Shown: one piece after another, positions 49,690-63,702 of the stretch | Numbering within the stretch: position 1 is the first letter of the stretch | How the letters are laid out: each line of letters starts with the position of its first letter | From: Paraspadella gotoi | Lineage: Eukaryota; Animalia; Chaetognatha | NCBI GenBank assembly: GCA_051294375.1 | Contig: CM119265.1 | Coordinates: 21,044,555 to 21,108,554 of the forward strand | DNA: 64,000 nt | Direction of reading: 5' to 3' | Made by a program: the position numbers and the translations under genes | Notes under the pieces: model-generated | Database searches by the model: none | Seen by the model: the letters and a program-made list of their open reading frames with translations, nothing else | Told to the model about the DNA's origin: nothing

Positions 49690-50934
49690 AATCATTATCG
49701 AATTCTGTTATATAAATAGTATTTAAGTATTTTTTAGAGATAACTAAAATGAAAAAAATTCTTATTTCTCTTACATGTAATAACATAGAGGTTTTTAAAA
49801 AATATTATATAGTTTGAATCAGGAAAAGTTTTTTTTTTAAATTTGGTATTTTTAATAATTTCACAAAAATGTAAACAAACGAATTTAAAAAAGTCAAATA
49901 AATTATGGTATAATTATAATTTGTAAAGGTTTTTTTTCCTTTTTAGACACACTCATCAACAAAAAATTGAAAAACATTTATACTATGTGTAAGCTAATTT
50001 CATGGGCTATCTGAATCCGTTCTCAAAAGTGCGGTTATTTATTGAGGTGACAAATTTGTATCTTACGATAAAAGTGACTTATTATCTTAAGTTGTTTGCT
50101 TTATTGTTTGAATGATTAATCACATCATAATTTTTTTATATGAGCTTGATTATTCACATTTTAAGGTTTAAACCTAAAAGATGTTAAAATTTTAGCCAAT
50201 CTTTCATGGTGATTTGATAATAAACATATGATTATAATTAAAGTTCATATTTTTTTACAAAATATATAAATTTAAATACTAATAAAGTTTTTTATTGCAA
50301 CTACAAACACCTATTCTGAGTTACCTACATTTTTGATAAATAGTTTTAAATGAGGCAGTATACTAAGGACTAGCTAAGTATCTTCTGATAATTTCAGTCA
50401 GACATCTAACTTATTTTGTATAAATCAAAAAAATGTTGTAAGATGTTTTGTGACCTATCATCTGACTAGCTGATTAGCTTTGTTATGATGGACAGATCCG
50501 ACATTGTTTTTCTAAACTTCTTTTATTTTCATATCTCCCGAGGTCGTTGATAATAGTCGTTGTCAGCGTCGTCGTCGTCGTCGTCAGCGTCGTCGTCGAC
50601 AGCGTCGTCGTTGACAGCGTCTTCGTCGTAGTCCTCGTATTCTTTGTTTTGCTTGAAAAAACAAATATATATAAAATTTTGTGGATATAACAACTTTCAA
50701 ACTGTTACGTTATTTATTTCACGGCAGTTTAAGCTTCAAACGTTAGAGAAGATCGAGTTTAGTAATTCCAGTGATATCGCAAAATTCCGAGTCACCTCTT
50801 TCCCTTTCACATCTTTTACAATCTCCCTCTTGCTCACCCTTTCTCAATTTTCACCATTTTTTTCACCCGCCCCCCTCCTCTTCCTTCGGTCTTCTCTCTA
50901 ATATGTTTATCCCCATAAATCATGTATTTTGTGC

Positions 50935-50995
<61 letters not shown>

Positions 50996-52559
50996 TCAAA
51001 TTTGAAGGATTTCCACTTGAATAAATCTTTCACTGAGACGAAATTGCGAAACGATGATTAATTGTCGCCGCTACTCATTTTTTTTCTCTCTCATCCTTAA
51101 TTCGAAAAGTGATTCGGTGCTGCCATCTCGAGACGGTTTACATTCTAATTAGGCTTATTATTCCGACGGGATACGAAGAGCAGTGGATCGGGTGTTAAAT
51201 TTTTCAGGGGTTAACATTTTCGACTCATAGGCTTCCTTGTTAGCTAATTAAGACTATTATTTTGAAGATATAACAATTAGACAGCGGATTGAAAAGCTTA
51301 CTGAAAGAAAACGATCTTCGCTTGAAATTTGATTTAATACGGTTTTTTTATACAGAAAATACCCTATAAGCAGTTTTCTGATAAAAAAAATTTTTTTAAA
51401 TAAAAATAACAGGTAGTTGTTTACTCCAAATTTTATTTGAAACCGGAAAAGTACAAATTTAAAATGATTGCGAAAGCACATTTCAAAACCGTCGACTTGT
51501 TCCTTTGTCGTCAAAATAAAACGGAAGAAAAAGCCGCGACCCGAGACGCTTCGGTTTGTCGATCGCGCGTTACTCCAGCGCCGCCATCTGGGCCGTTGCG
51601 CTCGGCCGCGCGACGCTCTCCGTCACCGTCCACGCGTCACGCGAACAGCGCCATCGTTCGTCGGCAGGCGTAACGCCGTTAAGGGTGTTGGCCATTGTGT
51701 CGGGACGTCGTACCGGTTGTCGTTTGGTGATTCGCGATTCATATATTCGATTTTTTTAAAGTTGATTCTCTTTCCCAATTAGCTCTCCGTGGGACCTGTA
51801 AATGTGTAATGTGTAAATGTGTAATAAATGTTATAAAAGTCTTTCATTTGCTTCGTTTTTAATCTCCTCAATGTCATTCCTATACAATTTGTAAACAAAA
51901 CAATATTTAAAGAATTCCAAACAAATTTTGTGACCGAGGTTTTAACAGAGGGAACAAAATATATATTTTTTTAAAATAGGAATTTCTGAAGATTTCGATT
52001 GGTTAATTGTTAATAACCTAAACGCAACACGTTAATGTCACGCATGCGCTTTCCGACTCTTGTACGTGGAGTTTATTGCGGCTGATTTTCGCGTGGAAAC
52101 CAAAGTAGAACTCGGGCAGGTGAAAGGAAGACAGAAACCGGCGCACGTGAGAGGGAAGCGATTCATAGGGAGGTGGAGTAAGAGGAGCGGAGAAGGAAGG
52201 GGGATTAGGGAAAGGGAAGCGATGGAGATTGAGATAGAGGAGCTGGAAGAAATTAAGATGGAAAGAAGGCGGTGAGCTGGAGTGATAACATTGGTGTGAA
52301 AAACTGAAGAGTTACGATGGGGGAATGGTTTGTCGCAGAGTGATAGGAGATGGAAAGAAATAAGGAGAGTGAGAAGAGACGAAAACATATAGTTTATAAT
52401 GTTAGAGTTTTCCTATACCTAGGTGCGGGCTATTCACTTTGTATGACTTCTAAGCATTGAGAGTAGTTTTAAGTTTAGCATCATATATTGTTGTATATAA
52501 CATAAGAAGTTAACGTTCAAATAGCAAATATTGTTAGAACTCATAATAATTCGGAAGTA

Positions 52560-52772
52560 ATATCGTAGGGCAGCCATATTGCCGGAAAAGCTCGGAAAGC
52601 ATCGGAGTTTAGGAGGGAATCCGAGAGCAGCGCGTATAAGCATCGGAAAAATGCGTCGGAATGGGATCCGAGAAAGCGCTAGCATCGGGAGAAGAAGCGG
52701 TCGGATGGAGGATCCGGAAGCAGCCGTAAAGCATCGCAAGCGTCGGAATGGATGAGAAAGCAGCCGCATGGA
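52560..52772 (+). repeat. Degenerate GC-rich tandem repeats
   Basis: Recurring GCATCGG, GCGTCGGAATGG and GAAAGCAGCCG words. Confidence 0.45.
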
Positions 52773-54148
52773 CTGTGAAAAGTTTATACTGTTAATATAA
52801 AATGTTTACGATTATAGAACGCTTACTATATTAAAATCTGAGTTAAAACATGTAAAACGGGACCTGGTATATCACGTCGAACTTATAGAAATTGGGCCGG
52901 ATTACAATAAGCATAAAAATATACATTTTAACTCTTTCGAATAAGACGGCGGCTTGAATAGCAGAGTAATTTGGTCATTAAATTCGAAGCAGAGCAGAAA
53001 ACGGTACGTGGGCAGGATATCGTTCTGTGAACCGAATAAAATGGACGCAGAGAGAAAGAGACTGGTTTACTTCCGCGAATGCGGGGCAAACAAAAGATCA
53101 GTTTTCGAAACGAAGTAAAAAATATTCTACATTTTACGTTCTTGACTAATAGCGCTGGAGTTATTACTGAGCCACCGTTAACACGTTTCCTAAAGACTCA
53201 ACTCATTGTCAGACAAAATCTTTCCAGTTTTCGTTTCCTTCGACCTTACCTCTCCTTACCCCTTACACCTTACCTCCCCTTACCCCTTTCCTCCCCTTAC
53301 CCCTTTGCACATCGTTCCCCCTTCGCTCCCACTTTCCATTCATTCGCGCCCTCTGCGGGTCACGCCCCTTCGGGTCACGGGGGCTGGGACGCGGAACGCG
53401 GGGGTCATTAGGAGCCGAAGTGGGGATGGGGANNNNNNNNNNNNNNNNNNNNNNNNNNNNNNNNNNNNNNNNNNNNNNNNNNNNNNNNNNNNNNNNNNNN
53501 NNNNNNNNNNNNNNNNNNNNNNNNNNNNNNNNNNNNNNNNNNNNNNNNNNNNNNNNNNNNNNNNNNNNNNNNNNNNNNNNNNNNNNNNNNNNNNNNNNNN
53601 NNNNNNNNNNNNNNNNNNNNNNNNNNNNNNNNNNNNNNNNNNNNNNCGTCGTCGTCGTCGTCGTCGTCGTCGACATTGTTTTCTTTGCCTTTGTTTATGT
53701 TTTTCCCCAGTTTGTTGTTGTTGTTGTCTTCCTTGACGACGTCTTTTCCCTTCCCGCGGAAAGCTTCGAATAGAAAGAGAGTTTAATGAGCGAATAAAGT
53801 AAATAAACAAATAAACGATGAAATCTTTATGATGATAATAATTACGGAAAATAAAAAAAAAAACGTTGAAATTCGGATTTTATTACGTAAAAACGTATTA
53901 AAAGGAAAGTTTGGTTTTTCAAAACATCAATCTGGGAGAAAAAGTATAATTTTCTTTCAGCTAACTTTTTATAGTGGATCAAACTAGTAATACTAGTTAA
54001 TCTACTAATCTCTAATAACTAATGCTAAAAAACCTCCCACGACTTGCATGTTTTTTTTACGAGAGTCGATCCTCTCGTTCGGAGGAACATTTCCCTTTTT
54101 TCAAAACCCATTTTTTCTCCTTTCGCCCTAATTCTCTTCCCTTTCACA

Positions 54149-54180
<32 letters not shown>

Positions 54181-54365
54181 NNNNNNNNNNNNNNNNNNNN
54201 NNNNNNNNNNNNNNNNNNNNNNNNNNNNNNNNNNNNNNNNNNNNNNNNNNNNNNNNNNNNNNNNNNNNNNNNNNNNNNNNNNNNNNNNNNNNNNNNNNNN
54301 NNNNNNNNNNNNNNNNNNNNNNNNNNNTTAAAAAAGTTTCAAAACTCAAGAATCCCACTCCTCCG

Positions 54366-54400
54366 TCGATGGCCGGGATTCGAACCCGCGACCTCGTGAC
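54366..54400 (-). other. tRNA T-arm/B-box-like fragment (possible SINE head remnant)
   Basis: Minus strand GAGGTCGCGGGTTCGAATCCCGGCC; no A box or full cloverleaf seen. Confidence 0.3.
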
Positions 54401-54908
54401 TTGACGTGGAGGTGAAAATCTCGCGGCCTCGGGATTTCAACCTCAACCTGCGAATGATTCCGACAGTGATGGATCTTTCCATGTCAAAGTCTCCTTTCCT
54501 CCACTCCTTTTCCTTTTCCTTTTTCCTTTTTCATTTTCCTTTTTCATCTCCTTTTCCTTTTTCCTTTTCCATCTCCTTTTCCTTTTCCTTTTCCATCTCC
54601 TTTTCCTTTTCTTTTTTCTTTTTTCATCACCTTTTCCTTTTCCTTTTCCATCTTCCTTTCCTTTTCCTTTTCATCTCCTTTTCCTTTTTCATTTTCCTTT
54701 TCCATCTCCCTTTCCTTTTCCTTTTCATCTCCTTTTCCTTTTCCTTTTCCTTTCCTCCATCGCAGTCGGCCTCCTCCTCGTCATACGATTCATTTATGAG
54801 GGTCGATCTTTCTGTCTGGTCTCTCCGAACGTAGGTCTCCTTTTTGTTTGTTTGTTTGTTTGTTTGTTTGTTTGTTTGTTTCTTTGTTTCTTTGTTTCTT
54901 TGTTTGTT

Positions 54909-54951
<43 letters not shown>

Positions 54952-56014
54952 AATTTCTTTAATTATTTTTTTCAACTTTCATTTTTTAACTCTCTTTTTT
55001 ACTTTGTTTCTTTTTTCTTTCCGTATTCATGCCTTTTTTTCATCTCTCCAGTTTTTATTTGTTTTTTCTCTTTACCTTACTCTCTCGACTAATAATAAGT
55101 TTTCAAACGACCCTTCAATTTATATGTTAATGTTAACTTTACATTTTTACTTTTTAGAAACTTTTTAGAACAAAACGGACGAAACAAAAAACGGAAAAAA
55201 AATCTCGGAAAATATGAAAAATTGANNNNNNNNNNNNNNNNNNNNNNNNNNNNNNNNNNNNNNNNNNNNNNNNNNNNNNNNNNNNNNNNNNNNNNNNNNN
55301 NNNNNNNNNNNNNNNNNNNNNNNNNNNNNNNNNNNNNNNNNNNNNNNNNNNNNNNNNNNNNNNNNNNNNNNNNNNNNNNNNNNNNNNNNNNNNNNNNNNN
55401 NNNNNNNNNNNNNNNNNNNNNNNNNNNNNNNNNNNNCGTGGATTGAGACAGAGTGAACCGCGGCCCAAAATTTCAACCTCTGACCCTTTTCCAGCCTTAA
55501 TCCATCTGGGCATCAAATTGAGGGTCAAACCATCAACTTGAGCATCGAAGTCGCCAGACCGACTCCATCTGTCCTCAACCATCTGTCGGGCGCAATCTGT
55601 CCTCCATCATCTGTTCTCACACATCTGTACTCCTTTCTCCGTCACCCATTGTGCTTTTGTTCTCTGTTTTCGAACTCGGTCTAAAGTTCACCCTCGACAC
55701 TAATTCACCTACTACAACTAAATTTAGAACCTTCTATCCCAATTATATTCTCATTTTCTTTTTAAATTTTCAATTACATTGGTTAAAACTTTCCATGATT
55801 AATCCTCAAATCCATTTGTCCCGACACGTCTACCATCTGTTCACAACATTCGCTTTCTAATCACGACAATCAAATATCCATAATGATTGCAAAAGACTCA
55901 TTTCGATTCAACAGATCAACCATGTCTTCACCTTGATCCTTCTCCCACCCAGCATCATCATCGTCATCATCTCGAAATAATTTTGATTGTCTTCGATGAA
56001 AGATTTAATATCAT

Positions 56015-56256
56015 GGCAACAGCCGGGTTGCCAGTGTAGCTCTTTGGAATGGGGCATCTCACGGTTGGCTTTGGTGGGCTTCCGACCCTCAGTGACGCAT
56101 GCGCGGTTACCCTAGGACGTTCTCGCATTGCCAACGCTGAGGGGAATCGTTAGAACTGTTAATGGAGCACAACGCCTGGGATGGTGTGTTCCCCCTCTGA
56201 GCCAATGGTATTGGCTGAACGATGGTGGACGTGAAGCGGTGGGAATATATCCCCAC
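56015..56256. other. ~240-nt dispersed structured element, variant B (second copy at 56443-56684)
   Basis: Same conserved blocks as 10818-11055 but different flanks. Lies in a ~428-bp unit repeated on both sides of the 10-N gap at 56418-56427. Confidence 0.75.
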
Positions 56257-57188
56257 AATATACACATAAATGTTGGGGTAACCTAATTATGAGGCGATTA
56301 AAATAACGTGTCTTGTTTAGATTAAAACGACACAAAACAACAAAACGCAATTGAAGCCAAAAAACAAAAAGACAAAACAAAAGCGTCTCCTGAATCGGAT
56401 TCGGAGTAAAAACAAAANNNNNNNNNNAAGATTTAATATCATGGCAACAGCCGGGTTGCCAGTGTAGCTCTTTGGAATGGGGCATCTCACTGTTGGCTTT
56501 GGTGGGCTTCCGACCCTCAGTGACGCATGCGCGGTTACCCTAGGACGTTCTCGCATTGCCAACCCTGAGGGGAATCGTTAGAACTGTTAATGGAGCACAA
56601 CGCCTGGGATGGTGTGTTCCCCCTCTGAGCCAATGGTATTGGCTGAACGATGGTGGACGTGAAGCGGTGGGAATATATCCCCACAATATACACATAAATG
56701 TTGGGGTAACCTAATTATGAGGCGATTAAAATAACGTGTCTTGTTTAGATTAAAACGACACAAAACAACAAAACGCAATTGAAGCCAAAAAACAAAAAGA
56801 CAAAACAAAAGCGTCTCCTGAATCGGATTCGGAGTAAAAACAAAAGGGAATCGAGGAATTCGTCAGAATCTTAATTCGATCTTCTAAGATTTTTTCCAAA
56901 CAACTTTTCAATTAAAGGGAAAGACGCTCCGAGTCAGAGGCAGTTAGTCAGTCAGTCAGTCAACCTTAGGACGCACCCGACTCACTTCATTTACTTTTAT
57001 TTACTTTTATTTATAATGGATTTTAACTTCCTCTCAACATCTTTACCGCGTCTAGCTTTAGGACACTCGATTTACCGAGTAAAATACGATCCTCCATAAA
57101 CTTTGATTAAACATAAACAATCAATGACATTATTATTATACAATTCGTAATAGTGCATTCTTATTATTTTTTGGGGGCAATATTTCGT

Positions 57189-57277
<89 letters not shown>

Positions 57278-58954
57278 CCCAACGACCACAGCGATCCCGT
57301 TCGGCGTTGGTGTACCTCAGCGCCATCTTCGTCTTCGAAACCCACGATTCTCATCGGAATTCATAGGTTTCTTGTTTTTGTTTACCTCCTTCAAAGTCTG
57401 CGCCTCGTCGTCCTCTTCCTCATCCACCTCAGACTCACTCCTCTCCTCAGTTATTTTCTCGCTATTCAAATTCTTTGTTTTTTCCTCCACCCGAACACCA
57501 CTCCTCTCTACCCGACTCCAGTATACTAGAATCCACTACACTCTACTTCTGACGAGTTCTTTTTATTCTAGTCCCATAGTCCACTCTATTTCACTACTAC
57601 TAACTCGTGCAATTCACTTTTACTCTTCTCTCATCTGTCTTTCTTTCTACACTAATTCTTTTCACGCCACTTCACTCCACTCCTTTTCACTTCAGTCCAC
57701 TCCACTCCTCTTTACTCCTATTCGGTTCAATTAACTCTACTACATCACTCCTATTCACTTACTCCCCTTAAATCCCATTTGACTCCACTTCACTCCTCCA
57801 GCTCCAGCTGCGCTCCTCCTTTCATCCACACATTATTTCCAGTTTCATTTTCCTCCATTTTTTTCTTTTTTCCCCCCAAGATCTTTCTCTTTCTCCCACC
57901 TTTTCTTCTTTCCCTCATCCCTCCTCCCAAAAAAACCTTTCATTCTCAATTCCCATCTTCAACCTTTCCTCTTTTCCTAACCTTTTCCTTTTTTCCTTTC
58001 TCTACCTTAGTTAACCCGCTCTTGGTTTCTCGGCTTTACGTACTTCTTCATCCTCTTGTCCTCCAAGTTACAGAGCTATAATACCCTCTTAACTCGTATA
58101 CTTAAAAAAACAATTACATTATATATCAAAATAAAAAAACTTTTTAAATTAAAAATAATATCGTGTAAACTAATTTTATTTGACTTAGCTTAATCCTTAT
58201 TAAAATATATATATTCTGCTTTTTGTAAAATCGAGGAAGTATCATCGTCCTCCCTCCTCCTCTCCTCATGAACCCATTGGGGTTATGATGTCGGCTCTTG
58301 ACGGAAGAACTCAGGTTTTCACTTTTCTATTCCAATTACCGTCACAGTCGTAGAGAAGAGAGAGAGATGAGGCAGAGCAGATCGCAGGATAGACGATGAT
58401 ATGGATGAGAGGGAGTAGAGAGGGAGAGAGAGAGAGAGAGAGAGAGGCGCGATTGCGAATCAGAGCCAACCTTTTCCTCGCGCCATAATTCATTGCCTTG
58501 CCGAAGGCGGTTGATTTATGAAGTTTGGTGAAAAGAGATTTGGAATCAAATGCGTTTAAAAAAAAATATTTAAGTTATTTTAAGTTTTCTTAAACTTATA
58601 ATTATTTGTTTAATGCTTAACACAGACAATTTTTTGTAAAAAAAAAAAAAATCAAGTCTTTTTCATAAAGCCAATCCTTTTGAAATTCCTTCTCTGGGTT
58701 TCTCTGACATTACGTCAATTGAAAAGGCATTATGCTAAAAACATCGTTTCATCAGCTTATAAAAATAATAAAAGTAAAGCTTATATGATCCGTAAGCCGA
58801 TTATTTTCGACGCAGGTAAACTTATACATAATGTTTGTCGATGCGAAATTTGTCACCTCGTCCGCCCGTCACCTTTAAATACAGAATCAGGTTTATCCAG
58901 TTTACCAATTTCATCGACTTCAAAATCAAAATAAAACCAAATTTCTCTTTCGTC

Positions 58955-60806
58955 ATGAATTTTACGGAAACAACAAAGGGAGAAGGCCGGATACCGGATA
59001 AGAATGAAGCCGCTCCAATTCAGGGACATGAAACTGAAACCTCACTGGAAGATAATAAAGCGATCTTGTCAAAAAAAGAAAATGAAAATGAAGGATTGAC
59101 CCATTCAAGCGACGAAGACTCTGAAGCCATCCAACCAAAAATGATGGACAAAAATCAGGCAACGCCCCAGACACAAAATGATGAAGAAATTATCTCAACA
59201 ACTGGTCTGAATGAAGTTTCGCTTCCTGCAAAAAATGAAGTCGCTCAATCGGAAATCCAACTTTCCACGAGGCAGGAAAAGAACTCCCCCATCCAACCAA
59301 AGAAGCCCGACCCTCTCCCGTCTCCACCTGACGGCGGGTGGGGCTGGATGGTCGTTTTAGGCAGCGCCCTCTTCCACCTCTTCTACTTCGGACAGGCCTA
59401 CTCAACCGGCGTCCTCTACCTCGGCTTCCGGTCCGCATTCCCGGAAGCGACGAGCGCCGAGATCGCCTCCATCATGTCCACTGTCATGAGCGTCATGTTC
59501 TTGCTGTCCCCGGCCTCGGCTGCGCTGTTGCGACGGGGATTCTCCGCGCGGCAGCTGATGGTCGCCGGCGGAGTCTGCGCCGCGGCGGGTTACGTCGTCG
59601 CGGCTTTCGCCACGAGCGTTTCCGGGTTGAGGTTGGTGTGCGTTGACAGTATTTCAGAGTTTCATTTCAGAGATTGGTTTGTCAACTTTGTGTACTTGTA
59701 GGTTAGCCTGTTTGTGTCAAGTGGAGTTTGTGATAGCGTGATAGCTGAGTGAATATGCTTGTCAGCTGCATGCCCGACTGTACCATGTACATTATCACAT
59801 CCCAACGTCCAGAATCCCCATGAACATTTTCCTTGGCCTGGCCGGCGTGCTCTGCTTCCTGCCATCTCTCTCCCTCGTCGGCCAATATTTCGAGCGACGT
59901 CGCTCATTGGCCACCGGCCTAGCGATAGTCGGCGCCGGATTGGGCGGCTTCGTCATGCCACCTCTCATCACTCTCGCTCTGGAAGAGTACGGCATCTTCG
60001 GCACGATGCTTCTAATCGCGGCGTCGCAGCTGCACGTCAGCTTGGGCGGAATATTGCACCGACCGCTGGAGAGGCCGCGGCGGAAGGAAGGTTCGATGCC
60101 CTCGTCGACAGTGCCTAAGAAAGCCTTTAGCTTTTCTCTCTTCCGCCACTCCCTCGTCCGTCTCCCTCTCCATCTCTTCCGCTCCCCTTTACTCCGCCCC
60201 CCCATCCTCCTCCACCTCCTCGCTCACGTCCTCGAAACGCCTGCCGTCTGGATCGCCGTCAGCTTCTTGCCGGCGTTGGCGCGGGAACACGGCGTCGAGG
60301 AAGTTGCGGCGTCGTCTCTCGCTTCCATCAGCAACGGAGGCAGCGCCGTCGGGAGGATCTTCGTCGGCTTCGCCATGGATCTGGAGTGGTTGCGGCATCA
60401 TCGCGTCGCGACCGCCGGTGCCGTCATTTTTCTCGGCGCCGTGGCGGACGTCGGCGTTCTTTTCGTGGCGTCTTACAGCGCCTTCGCCGCCTTCTCCATC
60501 TGCCGTGGACTTTTGGACGGCGCCAGCTTCATCCTGAGGCTGCTGGTGCTGCAGGATCTCGTCGGGCGAGAAGGCTACACCGACGCCCTCGGATTTTTGT
60601 TCGTCTCTATCGGCGTGGGCGTGTTGGCGCTGCCCACGTTGGCCGGCGTCGTCGTCGACGGTTTCGGCGTCGTGGAAGCCGCCTTCGTCTTGGCGGCCGG
60701 GTCGCATTTCGTCGCCGGAATCTTGACGGCCGCCATCTGGTGGCAGAGGAAAAAATCTGAGATGCTGAGAAATGAGGAGAAAGATAAAACGGAAAAAAAG
60801 TATTAA
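58955..60806 (+). CDS. MFS monocarboxylate transporter family (SLC16/MCT-like); exons 58955-59631 and 59813-60806, ~556 aa
   Basis: Signature PPDGGWGWMVV before TM1 and YFERRRSLATGLA after TM4, with many hydrophobic helices. The phase-2 intron GTTGGT(59632)..CCAG(59812) joins the ORFs as ATSVSGLR-IPMNIFLGLAGVLCFLPS. AATAAA at 60993. Confidence 0.9.
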
Positions 60807-61072
60807 ACAATTATGTAGACTCAAAAAATTATTCCAAATGTGATAATAACCAGGCTAAATCTCTTTAATTTTCGCTATGTTGTTAAGAATTTAAAAGATT
60901 TTTCATGACTTAAAATTTATAGTCAGCCTCACTTGTTATATAATATTTATCATAATTCTTAAAATTTGTTATACTCCTTACTTTTGGCTGTTAATAAAGT
61001 TTTAAAATATTAAACACGTAGCAGTTAATAAATCAGTCACACAGTAACAGACGAATGTAATAATAAGTAGTT

Positions 61073-61194
61073 TTTTTAATTGCGCCCAATAAATAGTAAT
61101 CCATTTTTTAATCTTTTTAATTGCGCCCAATAAATAGTAATCCATTTTTTAATCTTTTTAATTGCGCCCAATAAATAGTAATCCATTTTTTAAT
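61073..61194 (+). repeat. 41-bp tandem repeat x3
   Basis: TTTTTAATTGCGCCCAATAAATAGTAATCCATTTTTTAATC occurs three times. Confidence 0.9.
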
Positions 61195-61854
61195 ATTCCC
61201 CCCTTTTTCATTCTTCTTTTCTTTGGCCGACAATTTCTTTCGGATTCAATAGGTAAGTCTTAAATATACTCTAAAATAATTATCCTACGTTATATTCCGT
61301 TTCGGTGAGCTAGGGAATTTTTTCTCCCCCCCCCAACCTCGCCTTTTAAAAAATTCCCGCGAGATTCAATATTTAAAAGGAGGATTTCCCTCATATTTCG
61401 TTGGGTCCCTCGTGTTGGACTCCTGACTGAGTCTCGTCATTTCGACCCGCCCTCTCGCCTCTTCCTCCCTCCCCCAACCGGCTCGGTCCCGTGGAAAGAA
61501 AAACTCTTTCCAGGACCTGACGCATGCATATGGAAAGACATAATGGGCCCGGGCCCCAAATAATCATTACTGTTTAACAAGATGCTACTCTCGGGGTTGT
61601 TACTGAGGTTTTTGAGGGGAGAGAGAGAGAGAGAGGGGTGGAGTTAGAAGATTGAGAAAAGGGAGAAGGATGTGAGAGGAAAAGAAAGAGAGAGAGAGGG
61701 GAAGAGAGAGAGTCTGAGAGAAAGACAAAAATGGGAGAAAGTCGGATGAGGGAAGGAAATAAAAGAAAGTCAAATGAAAAAAATACAGTGAAATATGAAG
61801 GAATGAGAGAAAAAGAGAAAAAGGAAGGAGATGAGAGAGACAGAGTCAAATTAA

Positions 61855-62040
61855 GAGATGGGAAGAGATGGAAAGAGACTGAAAGAGATGGAAAGCGAAG
61901 GAAAGAGATAGTAAGCTATGAATAGAGATGTAAAAAGATGAAAAGAGATGGAAAGCGAAGGAAAGAGATATTAAGCTATGAATAGAGATGGAAACAGATA
62001 GAAAGCTATGAATAGAGATGGGAAGAGATGAAAAGAGATG
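61855..62040 (+). repeat. Degenerate purine-rich tandem repeat
   Basis: Recurring GAGATGGAAAG..AAGCTATGAATAGAGATG units. Confidence 0.7.
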
Positions 62041-63614
62041 ACGGGGCGGAGACTCGTTGATGGAGACATAAAAAATGTAGAGTAGCGATAAACCACTTGT
62101 TGTCAAATGCCCCGCAATCCGAGATGAGAAGACCGGCCATAACTTTCCTCGCTTTAGACGAGTCTCGCTTGACCCGGTGCCGGTCGTCGAGGTTGGTCAG
62201 GTCGAGTGAGTTGGTCGGTCGGTCGGTCGGAGTGACGGTAAGTTAAGAATGCGTACGTTTAAAAGAGTTTAAAGAGTTAAAAAAGTTATTTAAATTAAAA
62301 AAAAGTTATTTAAATTGACTGTCATTTCTTCGCCATCGGCTGCTCTTTTTAAATATCGATTGAAAAAATCTAATAAAAAATAACTACTATTATTTAAACA
62401 AAAATCTCGCACAATTAGAGGACAAAATAGTTGGTTAGTGAGCAAATTCGTTAGTTGGCAAAGTTCGTTAGTTCGTTAGTCCATTTTTTGCGACGTGTCG
62501 CTCTTCGTTCAACCCCCTCCCTCATCCTAACCGAACACCGTCCACAAATCGAGTTGAATCCAAATAATCCAAAAATCGTTGCTATCGCCGGCAAGAAGAA
62601 ATGCGAAAATTCGCAAGCTTTCAAAATCTCCAGGCGACAAAAGAAATTATTCTCAAAGTGACGGAGAGCGACAACGTTAGTAAAATTAGACAGTCCGTTT
62701 TAAAATATTGGAGGCCTTCGGACCCTCCGGAAACGTGTAAAAAAAATAATAAAAAAATTGAAAGGTCAATATTTATTTTAAAAAATATTTCTGCCCTACA
62801 TTCGACAAACGTCATATATAGCGACGAAGAGAAAATTTTTTATAGCGCACTCTCGTCGATATGCAGGGGAAACCAGGTTTATCCTCTAACCCAATTTATT
62901 TTTTTCATACGGATTAACGCTACGTCGACGTCGCTTCACGTGAAGCGAAGGGTCGAGTTTAACATCTACACGCGCAGATGTGGGACTTTACCCGGGGAAT
63001 ACCCACTTAATTACTTATAATTATCACTTAAATATACATATAAATATCACACACCCCACCCCACTTAAGTAGCGGTAGCGCACAGAAACGTGGGGACCGA
63101 ACAAAGCCGATGCACCATGTCACTATACTCTAGCTACGAGATAGTTTTCTGACGATTCTCTTGGCCTATATAAAACACAGGGTTTGTAATATCTATTGTA
63201 ATATATATAAGGTAAACAAATACAAAATAATATTTAAAGGGAAACGTTTCCTTCGGAGCCACGGCTAAAACTACCAAGATTTCGCGACAGAATCGACGAA
63301 GTACAATTGTTTACATTTTATAAAGAAAGAAAAGTGGTCATTTCTAAAACACTGGGCCGAGATTTCTTTGGGTTGCACCAGAGTATTCTGACAGTATTTT
63401 GATGCTAGTGCGGAGTACAATAAGTATTCCCCGATCTAATACTTAAGGGAGTGGTCTTTTCATACAATTGAAACATTCTTTGAAATATTTTCCACTTCAT
63501 TGATAGGGAAGCCAGGTACTCTGGGAGTGAATAAACGAGACTGTGAGAGAGTCTTGATTGAAAGCTTGCAGGGACCTGCTATGTCATTATCTTGTAAGAG
63601 TGATGGAGGCCTTA

Positions 63615-63702
63615 AACCACCAAAGCCTGTCCAAAGTCAGGGGCAAGATAGCTTATTTATTAAATGAATGGATAATTTTTATATTGGTTGTACCAATTTC
63701 AT
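63615..63702 (+). repeat. Short dispersed repeat, also at ~26120-26190, ~35792-35857 and, diverged, ~24665-24732 and ~34298-34365
   Basis: AAACCACCAAAGCCTGTCCAAAGTCAGGGGC..ATAGCTTATTTATTAAATGAATGGATAATTTTTA and TTGGTTGTACCAATTTCAT are shared. Confidence 0.75.

Noticed and set aside
54366-54400. Intact tRNA gene
   Set aside because: Only a T-arm/B-box is present; no D-arm, A box or acceptor stem.
56000-56845. ~428-bp tandem dimer as a retrozyme-like array
   Set aside because: The two units are nearly identical and separated by a 10-N gap, consistent with overlapping contig ends or haplotypes. No hammerhead core is present.
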